NCBI GenBank assembly: GCA_024226335.1
Contig: JAAELY010000545.1
Coordinates: forward strand, 10,523 to 74,522
DNA length: 64,000 bases
Source of the DNA: a bacterium
Lineage (GTDB): Bacteria > Myxococcota_A > UBA9160 > SZUA-336
Direction: 5' to 3'
Shown: positions 49,223 to 59,853 of the stretch, piece after piece
How positions within the stretch are numbered: position 1 is the first letter of the stretch
Layout: every line of letters starts with the position of its first letter
Notes under the pieces: model-generated
Seen by the model: the letters and a program-made list of their open reading frames with translations, nothing else
Databases searched by the model: none
What the model was told of the DNA's origin: nothing
Program-made: the position numbers and the translations under genes

Positions 49223-49903
49223 GTGAACAAGAGAGTCCTCGTCATTGACGATGAGCCCGACATCCTGGAACTGGTGAGCTTCGGCCTGAAACAGGAGGGC
49301 TTTTCAGTGGAGACGGCCGCTACGGCCAAAGAGGGGCTCGAATGTGTCGCCGGGCGCCTGCCGGACCTCGTCCTGCTCGACCTGATGCTGCCGGATATGC
49401 CGGGAACCGATGTGTGTCGGGAACTCCGGAGTCGGAAAGAGACAGCCCAGCTTCCCGTGATCATGCTCACGGCTCGCGCCGAAGAAGTGGACCGTATCGT
49501 GGGGTTCGAACTCGGAGCCGACGATTATGTGACCAAGCCCTTCAGCCCACGCGAACTCGCGTTGCGGGTCAAAGCCGTATTGCGCCGTCCGGAATCCTCT
49601 TCATCTGCAGCCCGCTACCTGGAACACGGATTCCTCCTGCTGGACCTCGAGCGCCATCGCTGTACGGTCGAAGAAAAGGAGATCTACCTGACCGCAAAGG
49701 AGTTCGGCCTCTTGAGTGCGTTGATGAGCCGACCGGGGCGAGTACTGTCCAGGGAGAAACTCCTGGATGAACTCTGGGGATCAGACATCACCGTGACCCA
49801 CCGTACGGTGGACACGCATTTGATGCGACTGCGGGAAAAACTCGGCAACGCCGGTGGCTATATCCATACTGTTCGTGGCGTGGGTTATCGGTTCACTGAC
49901 TGA
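49223..49903 (+). CDS. OmpR/PhoB-family response regulator.
   Basis: Receiver VLVIDDEPDILELV...DLVLLDLMLPDMPG. Winged-helix C-terminus GYIHTVRGVGYRF. Confidence 0.85.
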   Translation: MNKRVLVIDDEPDILELVSFGLKQEGFSVETAATAKEGLECVAGRLPDLVLLDLMLPDMPGTDVCRELRSRKETAQLPVIMLTARAEEVDRIVGFELGADDYVTKPFSPRELALRVKAVLRRPESSSSAARYLEHGFLLLDLERHRCTVEEKEIYLTAKEFGLLSALMSRPGRVLSREKLLDELWGSDITVTHRTVDTHLMRLREKLGNAGGYIHTVRGVGYRFTD

Positions 49904-49962
49904 TGCCCGCTCCCGCGCTCGGTGAAAATGGAATGAAGCCCTGAGACGATCCCGGAGCCGTC

Positions 49963-51756
49963 ATGTCGAGAATCCAGCTCAAGATCATGGGTGCGCTTGC
50001 GCTACTCATCGTCGTCGTCATCAGTTCCAGTGGCTTCCTGGCCGAGAGAACGTTTCGAGAACGCACTACGAGCAATATGGAGGCCAACCTCGAGCACCAG
50101 GCCAATCTGGTGGCTCAGCTGGTCCAGAGAGTCGGATTCGACCCAGTCCATGCCGAGCGACTCCAGGGGATTGCATTCGAGGGATCCGCTTCGATCGGTG
50201 CGCGAATCACTCTGATCGATCCATCCGGCCTCGTACTCGCAGACTCCGAAGTTTCCCTGGCCGAGATCTCCGGGCTCACGAACCACTCCGATCGCCCCGA
50301 AATCGTCGCAGCCCTGCACACGGGTGTCGGACACAGCATTCGACGAAGCGATACGCTGAAACGATCTCTCCTGTACGTCGCAGTTCGCGTACCGGATGAG
50401 GATTCCGGGAAAGTCTACGGCGTCGTCCGTCTGTCCGTCTTCCTCGATCAACTCGAAGCAGCTATTGCGGAGCTGCGCAAAGAACTGATCGTCGCAAGCT
50501 TGGTCGGCCTCGTCGCAGCGCTCGGGCTTTCATACGCTCTCTCCCTTCTCAGCCTGCGACCGATTCGCGAACTCCGCGAAGTGGTGGCAGACATCGCTGA
50601 GGGCAAGCTCGGAAGTCGTTTGAACTGGGCTAGTAAGGACGAGCGGGGCGAGATCGCCGCCTCGATCAATCTCCTGGCACGGCAGATGCGCGCCAGCACG
50701 GACGAGGTACTGCGAGAAAGAGTACAGCTCGAAGCCGTCGTCTCGAGCATGGTGGAAGGCGTGATCGTGATCGACCGCGAGGGAAAGGTGTTGCTCGTCA
50801 ACCCGCGCGCGAGAGAGATGCTCTCCGTCTGGGGCAAGTTTCACGGCCGTCCCGTGCCCGAGATCATCCGCTCGCCCGAGATCATCCAGGCCTTGCACGA
50901 TGCCGCGACCGGCAATGAAATTGTTGTTCGAGAGCTGGAAGTCCAGGCGGAGAAGAACAGAGTGTTGTTGATGCACGCCTCGGGTTTTCCCGCGACGAGT
51001 CCTCGCTCAGGTACGGTCGCCGTATTCCACGACGTTTCAGAACTGCGACGTGTCGACGAAGTACGACGGGATTTCATCGCCAACGCGTCCCACGAACTGC
51101 GCACACCGCTGACGGCCATCCAGGGTTTCGCCCATTCTCTTTCCGGCCCGGGCACAGAAGTCAGTCCTGAAGAGCTCTCGCACTACCTCGACGTAATCGT
51201 GCGCAACGCTCAGCGCATGTCGAACCTGATCGACGATCTTCTCACCTTGTCTCGAATCGAGAGCGGCACGACGACACTCGAGTTCAATGCACTAGACGTA
51301 CCGCCCATAATCGAATCCGTTGTCGCAGACTTCGGGCCGCGTTTTCAGGAAGCGGCCATCGAACTGAAGCTCCACGCGAATCAGGTTCCTCGGTGCTACG
51401 CGAATCGCGGCGCGCTGGAACAGATTCTGTCCAATCTTCTCAGCAATGCTGCACGCTACTCCAATCCCGGATCCAGGGTCGACGTCTACTGCGAGCAGCG
51501 CGGTATCCGCCTGGAGATTCGCGTCGCCGATACAGGGATCGGAATCCCAGAGGGGGATCGCGAGCGGATCTTCGAGCGCTTTTATCGAGTTGACGCAGCC
51601 CGATCGCGCGCACTGGGAAGCACCGGACTCGGCCTTTCAATCGTCAGGCATCTGGTTCGCGCGATGGACGGCCAGATTCATCTCACGAGCGAAGTCGGAA
51701 AGGGCTCCACGTTCAGCTTCACTCTGCCAATCGCCGAAGCATCGGACGCGGACTAA
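49963..51756 (+). CDS. Sensor histidine kinase (TM, periplasmic domain, HAMP, PAS, HisKA, HATPase_c).
   Basis: H-box ANASHELRTPLTAIQGF. N/G boxes LLSNAARYS and DTGIGIP...GLGLSIV. Confidence 0.85.
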   Translation: MSRIQLKIMGALALLIVVVISSSGFLAERTFRERTTSNMEANLEHQANLVAQLVQRVGFDPVHAERLQGIAFEGSASIGARITLIDPSGLVLADSEVSLAEISGLTNHSDRPEIVAALHTGVGHSIRRSDTLKRSLLYVAVRVPDEDSGKVYGVVRLSVFLDQLEAAIAELRKELIVASLVGLVAALGLSYALSLLSLRPIRELREVVADIAEGKLGSRLNWASKDERGEIAASINLLARQMRASTDEVLRERVQLEAVVSSMVEGVIVIDREGKVLLVNPRAREMLSVWGKFHGRPVPEIIRSPEIIQALHDAATGNEIVVRELEVQAEKNRVLLMHASGFPATSPRSGTVAVFHDVSELRRVDEVRRDFIANASHELRTPLTAIQGFAHSLSGPGTEVSPEELSHYLDVIVRNAQRMSNLIDDLLTLSRIESGTTTLEFNALDVPPIIESVVADFGPRFQEAAIELKLHANQVPRCYANRGALEQILSNLLSNAARYSNPGSRVDVYCEQRGIRLEIRVADTGIGIPEGDRERIFERFYRVDAARSRALGSTGLGLSIVRHLVRAMDGQIHLTSEVGKGSTFSFTLPIAEASDAD

Positions 51757-52238
51757 CCCGCTTCAGGATCAACGGTCAGCTCGGCACGAACTCCCTCGCC
51801 GTGAGATTCGAGCTTCAGGCTGAGCGAGCGAGTGCCCTTGGTAGCGAGAATCGCTTGCTGTCTTCCGTTGCTCAACGCCTCAGAGATTACGACCTCCCAC
51901 CCGGCCTCCGCGAGTGATTTCCCGAACGCCAGTCGCAGACGGGCGGGATCCCCGTCGCCCACAAACTCCAGCCTATGGCTCCCCTGGTTCAAGAATTCGA
52001 CCTTACTGGGCTGGAGCCCACCGATCGCCGGAACATCCGCCGGGTAGTTTTCCGGTAGCGAAACCGAATGAGAGACTGGAACCTTTGCAGTCGAGGCCTC
52101 ATCGATATTCGGTATGGCGGGCTCGGCGGGAAGAACTTCCTTCGTCGTCTGTGCATCGCCTCCACAGGCGAAGAGCAGACCGGTCAAGAGCCCGACCAAG
52201 AGTTGGCGGGTCGTTGTATGTCGGCGACTAAGACTCAT
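51753..52238 (-). CDS. Lipoprotein of unknown function. ATG at 52236-52238 with GGAGG RBS.
   Basis: Lipobox LLFACGG. Confidence 0.45.
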   Translation of the reverse strand: MSLSRRHTTTRQLLVGLLTGLLFACGGDAQTTKEVLPAEPAIPNIDEASTAKVPVSHSVSLPENYPADVPAIGGLQPSKVEFLNQGSHRLEFVGDGDPARLRLAFGKSLAEAGWEVVISEALSNGRQQAILATKGTRSLSLKLESHGEGVRAELTVDPEAG

Positions 52239-52308
52239 TTCAAACTCCTCCATCAACCTGAATGCACCCGGAGTTCCCCAGGGAGATCCGAAAACCCGAC
52301 GCGGGACA

Positions 52309-53757
52309 TCAGTTCGGCTCCAGAATGCGCTCGATCGCTCGCTTCCAGCGTGCACGGGCCGCCTGGCGCTCGCTCTCGTCTAGCGCAGGTGCAAAGCGCT
52401 TCGGCTGGGCGAGCAGCGAGGCGCAATGCGCGGGATTTTCGAAGACTCCGACCGCGAGTCCGGCCAGGAAGGCCGCACCCAAGGCAGTCGACTCGAACTC
52501 GGCAGCCCGCAGCACATCGCGGTCAGCGTGATCGGCAATCAGTTGTAACAGCAACTCGCTGCGCGCCAGGTTTCCATCGACTCGCAGTGGCGTATCGTCG
52601 AGATCCAGAGCCGTCGCCAGTTCGACACAACGAAAGGCGATCCCCTCGAAGAGAGCGCGAGCGAGTTGTGCCCGCCCAGAGCCTCGCGTCATACCGGTAA
52701 AGATCGCACGCACATTGTCATCGCCGTATGGCGTGCCCAGTCCCTGAAGAGCGGGTATGAAACAGACACCTTCGGAGGAATCGACACTGGCCGCGAGCGC
52801 ACTTGCCGCAGCAGCATCAGGGGCCAGTCCGAGTTCGACGAACCACTCGATCGCCGACCCGGCGGTCTTGACCGTACCTTCGACACAGAACGCGCGTTCG
52901 CCGCTCGAAAGACGCCAGAGCGAGAGCGGAAACGCCCCGCGGGGAGGCTCGACGACGACGTCGCCGGTGTGCAGATCCAGCATTGCGCTGGTCCCCAGCG
53001 TCAGCTTGGCTTCTCCGGCGCGATGGACTCCTTGGCCAAAACTCGCGGCCTGCTGATCTCCGGCGCGCGCGGCTACCGGGATCGCCGCCCCGAGCATGGA
53101 CTTCGGGGTTTCACCGACGACCTCACTGGTGGCCACGACCTCGGCCAATGCATCTGCCGGTACCGAGAAGAGTTCGACCAGAGGAGCCGACCACTCCCCG
53201 ACGGCATTGTCGAGCAGACCCGTGCACGATGCGTTGCTCGGATCCGTTATGTGCGCCGTTCCGCCGGTCAGCTTTGCAGTCAGCCAGGTGTCGGGTGTTC
53301 CAATTCGCAGACTGCCAGCCGCCGCTGAAGCGCGAATGGTCTCGTCGTTTTTCATCCACCATTCGTACTTGGTGAGTGACGCCATGGTGGTGAGCGGGAT
53401 TCCCATGGCGTGAAACTCCGCCACGCGCTCCTCGGTTCGCTGGTCTTGCCAGCCAATCACCGGCGCGAGTGGTTCCAGACTCCTGGCATCCCACGCGATC
53501 GTCGGCCCGCGCTGATTGACCACACCGATCGCAGAAATCTCTTGCGCTCCGATCCCCGCTTCGTCGAGCGCACCGCGCATCACTTCGAGGCTGCGCTCCC
53601 ACATATCGAGAGCATCCTGCTCCACGCGACCAGGCGACGGATACGAGACCGCCAAAGGCGCGTAGATGCGCGAACAAACCCGGCCATCGGGATCGATCAC
53701 CAGCGCGCGCACACCCGTCGTCCCCAGATCCAGGGAAAGGACGGGAGAGGAACTCAC
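52309..53757 (-). CDS. glpK: FGGY-family carbohydrate kinase, probable glycerol kinase.
   Basis: LSLDLGTTGVRALVID is the N-terminal FGGY motif. Adjacent to glpD. Confidence 0.6.
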   Translation of the reverse strand: MSSSPVLSLDLGTTGVRALVIDPDGRVCSRIYAPLAVSYPSPGRVEQDALDMWERSLEVMRGALDEAGIGAQEISAIGVVNQRGPTIAWDARSLEPLAPVIGWQDQRTEERVAEFHAMGIPLTTMASLTKYEWWMKNDETIRASAAAGSLRIGTPDTWLTAKLTGGTAHITDPSNASCTGLLDNAVGEWSAPLVELFSVPADALAEVVATSEVVGETPKSMLGAAIPVAARAGDQQAASFGQGVHRAGEAKLTLGTSAMLDLHTGDVVVEPPRGAFPLSLWRLSSGERAFCVEGTVKTAGSAIEWFVELGLAPDAAAASALAASVDSSEGVCFIPALQGLGTPYGDDNVRAIFTGMTRGSGRAQLARALFEGIAFRCVELATALDLDDTPLRVDGNLARSELLLQLIADHADRDVLRAAEFESTALGAAFLAGLAVGVFENPAHCASLLAQPKRFAPALDESERQAARARWKRAIERILEPN

Positions 53758-55163
53758 TCGCCCTTCTCCGGCGGAAGCAGGGCACCGGGATTCAGAAGGC
53801 CCTGCGGATCGAGGGCAGATTTGATCTTGCGCAAGAGCGCAACCCCGCTCTCGCCGACCTCATCCACGAGTCTGCCGCGACGCACACGGCCAATGCCGTG
53901 GTGATGGGCCACTCCGGCACCCGCTTCGACCGTTGCTTGCATGGTGCGGTCCCAACACTCGCTGTAGATTTCGGGCATGCGAGCGCGGTCTTCAGCGCGC
54001 GCTACGAAGGTGAAGTAGAGGTTCGTACCCGAGCGATAGGAATGGCTCGAATGCGCCGAAGCGATCAGGACCTCGGGCATCTCGCGAAGCGCCCTGGTGA
54101 CGCGTTCGTAGAGATCGGCGACACGTGACCAGGTGCTCGCGACTTCGATCGTATCAACCACCAACCCGCGATCGTTCAGTTCCTTGAAACCCGGCACCTT
54201 GTTGCGGTGCCCCAGCCATTCGCTGACACAGGCGGAGTCAGCTTCCGCGCCGCCCGCAGCCTGGCATAACTCGGCCACTCCTTCGAACTGTGCCTCGACC
54301 GCGGAAACCGGACCGTCGTGAAGCAGGATCAGCAGGTTTCGGTCTTCGGGCGTGTAGTCGCTGAAGATGCGCTGTGATTCATGCGCATCGTAGAGGCGGA
54401 CGACCGGAGGGCGCCAGCCCGCGCGCATGAAGCGACGAATCGCTTCGATTCCACTTTCGAGCGAGGGAAAGTGAAACGCCTGCTCTTTCGTAGCTTCGGG
54501 AAGAGGCCGCAACGAGAAGGTGACCTCGGTGACAACACCGAGGATTCCCTCGCTGCCCATGAAGAGATTGCGAAGATCGGGACCCGCTGCAGCGCGGGGA
54601 GTTTCGCGGGTTCGCACGATGGAACCGTCGGGCAAGACGACTTCGAGGGCGAGCACGAGATCTTCGATCGAGCCGTAGGCTGTCGAGTACTGGCCTGCGG
54701 CTCGCGTGGCGACCCATCCCCCGACCGTCGAGAGTTCGACCGATTGCGGCCAGTTTCCGATCGTCAGGCCATCCTGTTGCACGCGCCGTTCCGCGTCGAT
54801 ACCCATCGTCCCGGCGCGGAAGGTGGCCGTAAGATTCTGGTCGTCGATTCGGACCAGCCCCTCGATATCGCGCGTCGAGAGCACGACGGATTCCGGAGAT
54901 GCTTCGATTGCACCACAGACTCCGGAAGCCCCGCCAAACGGAATCACGGGAACACCGCTCTCCCGACACGTGCGCAGGGTTCGCACCACATCTTCGGTAC
55001 AAGATGCGAGCACGACGCAGCACGGACGGGGCGGGCCCTTGCCGATCGCATCGTTCAACTCGGCCAGTGCCCAGTAGTCACGCCGATGGGCGTCGAGAAC
55101 CTCGTCATCGGTACAGACGAGGTCCCCTAACGAATCTCGCAACTTCGCAACGATATCGCTCAC
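53754..55163 (-). CDS. FAD-linked oxidase (PCMH-type FAD-binding; GlcD / alkyl-DHAP synthase-like).
   Basis: FAD-binding domain IPFGGASGVCG. ~470 aa, between glpD and glpK. Confidence 0.6.
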   Translation of the reverse strand: MSDIVAKLRDSLGDLVCTDDEVLDAHRRDYWALAELNDAIGKGPPRPCCVVLASCTEDVVRTLRTCRESGVPVIPFGGASGVCGAIEASPESVVLSTRDIEGLVRIDDQNLTATFRAGTMGIDAERRVQQDGLTIGNWPQSVELSTVGGWVATRAAGQYSTAYGSIEDLVLALEVVLPDGSIVRTRETPRAAAGPDLRNLFMGSEGILGVVTEVTFSLRPLPEATKEQAFHFPSLESGIEAIRRFMRAGWRPPVVRLYDAHESQRIFSDYTPEDRNLLILLHDGPVSAVEAQFEGVAELCQAAGGAEADSACVSEWLGHRNKVPGFKELNDRGLVVDTIEVASTWSRVADLYERVTRALREMPEVLIASAHSSHSYRSGTNLYFTFVARAEDRARMPEIYSECWDRTMQATVEAGAGVAHHHGIGRVRRGRLVDEVGESGVALLRKIKSALDPQGLLNPGALLPPEKGE

Positions 55164-56785
55164 GACCGACCTCCAGAGAAGCTCAGATCCACAGCAAGCT
55201 GTTTTCGCGTCTGCTCCACCTGCTCGCTCACCTGTTGAGTGTTCCAGCCGAGCAACTCGGCCATGCGACGCGCCACCGGCTCGACGATGCGATGGCTCGC
55301 CTCGGGTGAATAGAGCGCCGCACGAGTGCGACGGTACACGACGTCTTCTACCTTTGCAGCGCCTTCGATCGACACGGCCCAGTCCACTTCCCCGACCAGG
55401 ATCGGCACATCGTCCACGATCGGCTCGGGGCCGAGTCCGACGACTTCGCGCGCCTCGCAGCCGTACAGGCGAGACATGCGTGCGGCGGCGAGTTCGCTGA
55501 TACCGAATTCCGCCGCGAGTCCGGCGGAAAGCCGTTCGAGATCACCGTCGAAGTCGCCCCCGGGCAGAGGCCCCTCCTCGACGTCGGCAATCTTCCCCCC
55601 CAGAACATCCCCGGCACTGTCCAGAATTCTCTCAACGGTGCGCCGATAGCCCGTCAGCTTACCGCCCGCCACGGTGACCACACCGCCGCGACTCACCATG
55701 ATCTCGTCTTTGCGCGACATGTCCTTGGCCTTCTTGCCGGGTTGCGCAACCAGTGGCCGCAAGCCGGCCCAGGCGGCCGTCACGTCACCGGGCTGAGGCG
55801 GGTCGACCGAGAAATAGGAAGCCAGCGGTCGCAGCAGATACTCGACATCTTCGATCCCGATTTCCGGCCACAGGCTCGGCTCGTGCTCGTAGCTCGTATC
55901 CGTCGTTCCCAGGAAGACGACTTCACCCTGGCGAATCGCGAATATCGAGCGCCCGTCCTTCTGGTTCAGCACCAGCATATGGTTCAAAGGCAGGCGTTGT
56001 GCGGGCAGTGACACGTGCACGCCCTTGGACAGATGCAAAACGGAAGGCGCGTCCGGTTCTTCCAGCTTGCGGACGGCTTCCACCCACGGCCCTGCGGCAT
56101 TGACGACGCAACGCGCGCGCACGGCAATCTTCTGTCCGCCGATACGATCCGTGGCCTCGATCCCGGAAGCTCTGCCACCCTCGACGCGAATACCGTCGAC
56201 CTCGGCGTGATTGAGCAGGCACGCACCCGCCGCCGCAGCCGAGCGCAGGTTCGCGATCACCAGGCGCGCATCGTCGGTCAGGTACTCGCGATACGCGACC
56301 GCATTGGGGTAACGCTCGGTATTGAGCAGAGGTTCTTCTCGCGCGAGATCCTCTTTCTGCCAGTTCTGATGCAGATCGTCACCCTCGACTGCGCCGAGTT
56401 TCTCGTAGGCAGTGACCGCCGCGCGAAACTTGATCATGCCCGCGTACGATCGCGTCGGCAGGACCATCCAACGCCGCTCTGCAAGATGGGGGGCCATGCG
56501 GAAGATGACCTTTCGCTCCAGGGCGGTTTCTCGCACCAGAGCCACATCACCCATCGCCAGGTAGCGCAAGCCTCCGTGGATCAGCTTCGAAGAGCGACTC
56601 GATGTACCGGAGGCGAAATCCGCGGATTCCAGCAATGCGACCGCAAGACCCCGGAGCGCGGCCTCACGCGCGAGTCCCGCGGCGGTAATCCCGCCGCCGA
56701 TGATCGCCAGATCGAAAACCCGCGTCTCCAGTTCCTGGAACACGCGGTCGCGATCGAGCGTGGAAAATCCCTGGGCAGCAGACAT
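55160..56785 (-). CDS. glpD: FAD-dependent glycerol-3-phosphate dehydrogenase.
   Basis: DLAIIGGGITAAGLAREAALRGLAVALLE...SSRSSKLIHGGLRYL. Confidence 0.8.
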   Translation of the reverse strand: MSAAQGFSTLDRDRVFQELETRVFDLAIIGGGITAAGLAREAALRGLAVALLESADFASGTSSRSSKLIHGGLRYLAMGDVALVRETALERKVIFRMAPHLAERRWMVLPTRSYAGMIKFRAAVTAYEKLGAVEGDDLHQNWQKEDLAREEPLLNTERYPNAVAYREYLTDDARLVIANLRSAAAAGACLLNHAEVDGIRVEGGRASGIEATDRIGGQKIAVRARCVVNAAGPWVEAVRKLEEPDAPSVLHLSKGVHVSLPAQRLPLNHMLVLNQKDGRSIFAIRQGEVVFLGTTDTSYEHEPSLWPEIGIEDVEYLLRPLASYFSVDPPQPGDVTAAWAGLRPLVAQPGKKAKDMSRKDEIMVSRGGVVTVAGGKLTGYRRTVERILDSAGDVLGGKIADVEEGPLPGGDFDGDLERLSAGLAAEFGISELAAARMSRLYGCEAREVVGLGPEPIVDDVPILVGEVDWAVSIEGAAKVEDVVYRRTRAALYSPEASHRIVEPVARRMAELLGWNTQQVSEQVEQTRKQLAVDLSFSGGRS

Positions 56786-56935
56786 GAAACTCCTCGGGGT
56801 CGGGTCGGTGACACGACTACGGACCTGCCCTGGGAATCGGCACGCGGCGCGAGTTCCAGAGCTTTCGCCTATAGAACAGCGGACTCTGAGTCAGCGCAAG
56901 TGCGGGTTTTGCCCGCTGTGGAAACGGCCCCTACA

Positions 56936-59515
56936 ATGCGCGAAACCATGCGCCTCAATCCGCTCCCTCGGCCCGAATCCTATGATCTTCACGTCACCGT
57001 CGACCCCCGCCGAGACCGTTTCGATGGAGTCGTCGGAATCACCCTCTCGGGAGCGGCCGGGCTGCGCTCGATCGAGCTGCACGCCGTCGACCTCGACTTC
57101 GACCAGACCCAGGTAGAGGACCAGCAGGGCCCGATTCCGGTCACTGCGGTCAAGACGGACGAGAAGCGCGAAACCAGCACTCTGAAGCTCTCCCGCGCCA
57201 TCGAGAGCGACGATGCCAGCATCCACATCGCCTTCGAGGGCCCGCTTCGATCCGACCTCCGCGGTCTGTACCTGGCGCTCTCCGGGAGCCGGCGCTACGC
57301 GGCGACCCAACTCGAGGCCGCTGACGCGCGGCGCTTTTTCCCGTGTTTCGACGAACCCGACAAGAAGGCGCGCTTCCGCATCCGGGTAACCACCCCGCAG
57401 AAGAACTCGATCGTCTCCAACGGTCCCGCGATCAAGACCCAACGCCACGGCAAGCTCAAGACCGTCACCTTCGGCGAGACTCCCCGCCTGTCGACCTACC
57501 TGATCGCACTGGTCGTGGGTGAAATGGAAGCTTCGCGCAGCAAGATGTGTGGCGACACGCCGATCCGCGTCTGGAGCGTGCCGGGCAAGAAGCACCTGGC
57601 GGGCTTCGCCCTGAATGCCGCCTTCGAAAGCCTGGTTCGACTCGAGAAGTTCTTCGGCCTGAAGTACCCCTACGACAAGCTCGATCTGATCGCGGTACCC
57701 GACTTCGAATTCGGTGCGATGGAGAACGCCGGGGCGGTGACTTTCCGGGAGAGCCTGCTCCTGGTCGACTCCAAGACCATCACGCTCGCCGAGAAGAAAC
57801 GCGTGGCCGAGGTGATCGCTCACGAACTCGCGCATATGTGGTACGGGGACCTCGTGACCATGGCCTGGTGGGACGACCTCTGGTTGAACGAAGCCTTCGC
57901 CACCTGGATGGCGTTCTACGTCGTGGACGACTGGATGCCCGAATGGAATATGTGGCTCGATTTCGAGCAACACCGCGGACCGGCTTACACGATGGATGCC
58001 ATGAAGAACACGCATCCGATCTACGTAGACGTGAGCACACCGGACGAAGCTACCGAGAACTTCGACCTGATCACTTACGAGAAAGGCGCGTCGGTCGTGC
58101 GCATGGTCGAACGCTGGCTCGGGTCTGTAGCCTTTCGCAAAGGCGTGCGTACCTACATCCGGCGGCACAGGGAAGACAACGCCCAGGCCGCAGATCTGTG
58201 GCGCGCGCTCGAAGAGGCCTCCGGCGAGAACGTCGAGAAGATCGTCGGTGCCTGGGTCAAGGAATCCGGCTTCCCGCTCGTGAGCGTCCGCCTCGGCGAA
58301 CGCCGCGGACGCGCCGTCCTCAAGACCCACCAGGAACTCTTTCTCGCAGACCCTCGCCGCCCAGAGAGCGCACGCCGTAGCACTCGCCCCATTCCCGTGG
58401 TGTTGCGGGTGAGACCGGTGCGCGGCCGTACGAAGCTGGCGCAAGGACTCCTGGACCGCACACGCAATGAAATCGACGTAGGCGCTGCGAACGAGGTCAA
58501 ATGGGTGTACGCGAACGCGGACGAGGCCGGTTTCTATCATCCGGTCCACCACCCGGATCTACTGCAGGACATCGGTGCTGAGCTGAAACGCTTGAGCGCG
58601 GTCGAGCGCATGGGTTTGCTAGGCCACCAGTGGGCCTGCGTGTGCGCCGATCGCGGCGATTTCGCGAGCATCCTGTCACTCATCGAACGTCTCGGCGATG
58701 AAGAAGAGCCCGACGTACTGGCGGCAATCGGTACACCGCTTTCCTGGCTCGACGGTCAGGCCTTGCCGGAACTGAGCGCCTCCACGGCAGCCGAGCATCG
58801 CGAGTGGACGGGGAGGATTTTCCGCGCTGCCTTCGACGCGCTCGGCTGGCGACCCCGACGGGGAGAGACCGATGCTCTGCGCCAGCGCCGTGCGACCCTG
58901 CTCGGCTTTCTCGGCGGACTCGCCGAGGACAAAGACATACTGGCCCAGGTACAGAAGTGCATCGGTCCGTATCTGAAGGAGCGTTCGACTCTGGATGCGA
59001 ATCTCGCCGGGCCCGTAGTCGATCTCGCAGCGCGTTCCGGCAACAAGACCTTGTACGACAAGTACCTGCGGCAAATGAAGAAAGCGCGCACTCCCCAAGA
59101 GCGCACCCGTTTCGAGATGGCGCTTGCGAGTTTCCGCGATCCCGCACTGGTCGAACGCACGCTCACTCTCTCTCTGAGCGACGACGTACCGATGCAGGAC
59201 GTCGTACCACTACTCATGCGACTACTCGCAAATCCCAGAGCGCGCGAAACAACCTGGGCCTTCATCCGCAAGCGCTGGACTCAGCTTGCACCTCGCGTCT
59301 CCCCTGGACTCGCGCCCCGTCTCGTAACGGCAACCTCGGCCCTCCAGACTCCGGCCTACAAGAAGGAGGTCGCCGAGTTCTTCAACGCACAGAAGCTGCC
59401 CACGACGAAACGCGCGCTCAAGCAGGCGCTCGAACGCTTCGATCTGAACGCGAATCTGCGACGCAGAGCAGTGCGGGAACTGCGTCAATGGATTCCCAAC
59501 TCTGGAGGCCGCTGA
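56936..59515 (+). CDS. pepN: M1-family aminopeptidase N. True ATG at 56936; the track ORF starts at 56015 and its first ~300 codons are antisense of glpD.
   Basis: GAMEN and HELAHMWYGDLVTMAWWDDLWLNEAFATW give the HEXXH-x18-E signature. Confidence 0.85.
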   Translation: MRETMRLNPLPRPESYDLHVTVDPRRDRFDGVVGITLSGAAGLRSIELHAVDLDFDQTQVEDQQGPIPVTAVKTDEKRETSTLKLSRAIESDDASIHIAFEGPLRSDLRGLYLALSGSRRYAATQLEAADARRFFPCFDEPDKKARFRIRVTTPQKNSIVSNGPAIKTQRHGKLKTVTFGETPRLSTYLIALVVGEMEASRSKMCGDTPIRVWSVPGKKHLAGFALNAAFESLVRLEKFFGLKYPYDKLDLIAVPDFEFGAMENAGAVTFRESLLLVDSKTITLAEKKRVAEVIAHELAHMWYGDLVTMAWWDDLWLNEAFATWMAFYVVDDWMPEWNMWLDFEQHRGPAYTMDAMKNTHPIYVDVSTPDEATENFDLITYEKGASVVRMVERWLGSVAFRKGVRTYIRRHREDNAQAADLWRALEEASGENVEKIVGAWVKESGFPLVSVRLGERRGRAVLKTHQELFLADPRRPESARRSTRPIPVVLRVRPVRGRTKLAQGLLDRTRNEIDVGAANEVKWVYANADEAGFYHPVHHPDLLQDIGAELKRLSAVERMGLLGHQWACVCADRGDFASILSLIERLGDEEEPDVLAAIGTPLSWLDGQALPELSASTAAEHREWTGRIFRAAFDALGWRPRRGETDALRQRRATLLGFLGGLAEDKDILAQVQKCIGPYLKERSTLDANLAGPVVDLAARSGNKTLYDKYLRQMKKARTPQERTRFEMALASFRDPALVERTLTLSLSDDVPMQDVVPLLMRLLANPRARETTWAFIRKRWTQLAPRVSPGLAPRLVTATSALQTPAYKKEVAEFFNAQKLPTTKRALKQALERFDLNANLRRRAVRELRQWIPNSGGR

Positions 59516-59853
59516 TGTCGAAGCTTGCCGAGCGCGATTGCGAGCCCAGCCCTCCCGATGCAAACCCACTGGGAGCGGAACAGATCCGACCCCTGCTCGG
59601 GCAGATCGACGAAGATTGGCAGGCCGTCGACGACCAGCTCCTGCGCCGGGAGTTCCGTTTCGAGAACTTCGCGGAGGCTCTCGCGTTCACCAACCGGGTG
59701 GGTGAGATGGCCGACGCGCAGGACCACCACCCGGATATCCACCTGGCCTGGGGCAAGGCGGCAATCGAGATCTGGACGCACACGGTCAACGGATTGCGAG
59801 AGGCCGACTTCGTGTTCGCGGCAAAATGCGACGCGTTGTACCCGCGGACATAG
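59515..59853 (+). CDS. phhB: Pterin-4a-carbinolamine dehydratase.
   Basis: FRFENFAEALAF...QDHHPDIHLAWGKAAIEIWTH...EADFVFAAKCD. ATGA overlap with the pepN stop. Confidence 0.8.
   Translation: MSKLAERDCEPSPPDANPLGAEQIRPLLGQIDEDWQAVDDQLLRREFRFENFAEALAFTNRVGEMADAQDHHPDIHLAWGKAAIEIWTHTVNGLREADFVFAAKCDALYPRT

Noticed and set aside
56015-56935. The 5' ~300 codons of the 1166-aa track ORF 56015..59515.
   Set aside because: This is antisense read-through over glpD and the intergenic region, with no start context. The real pepN begins at the ATG at 56936 (MRETMRLNP...).
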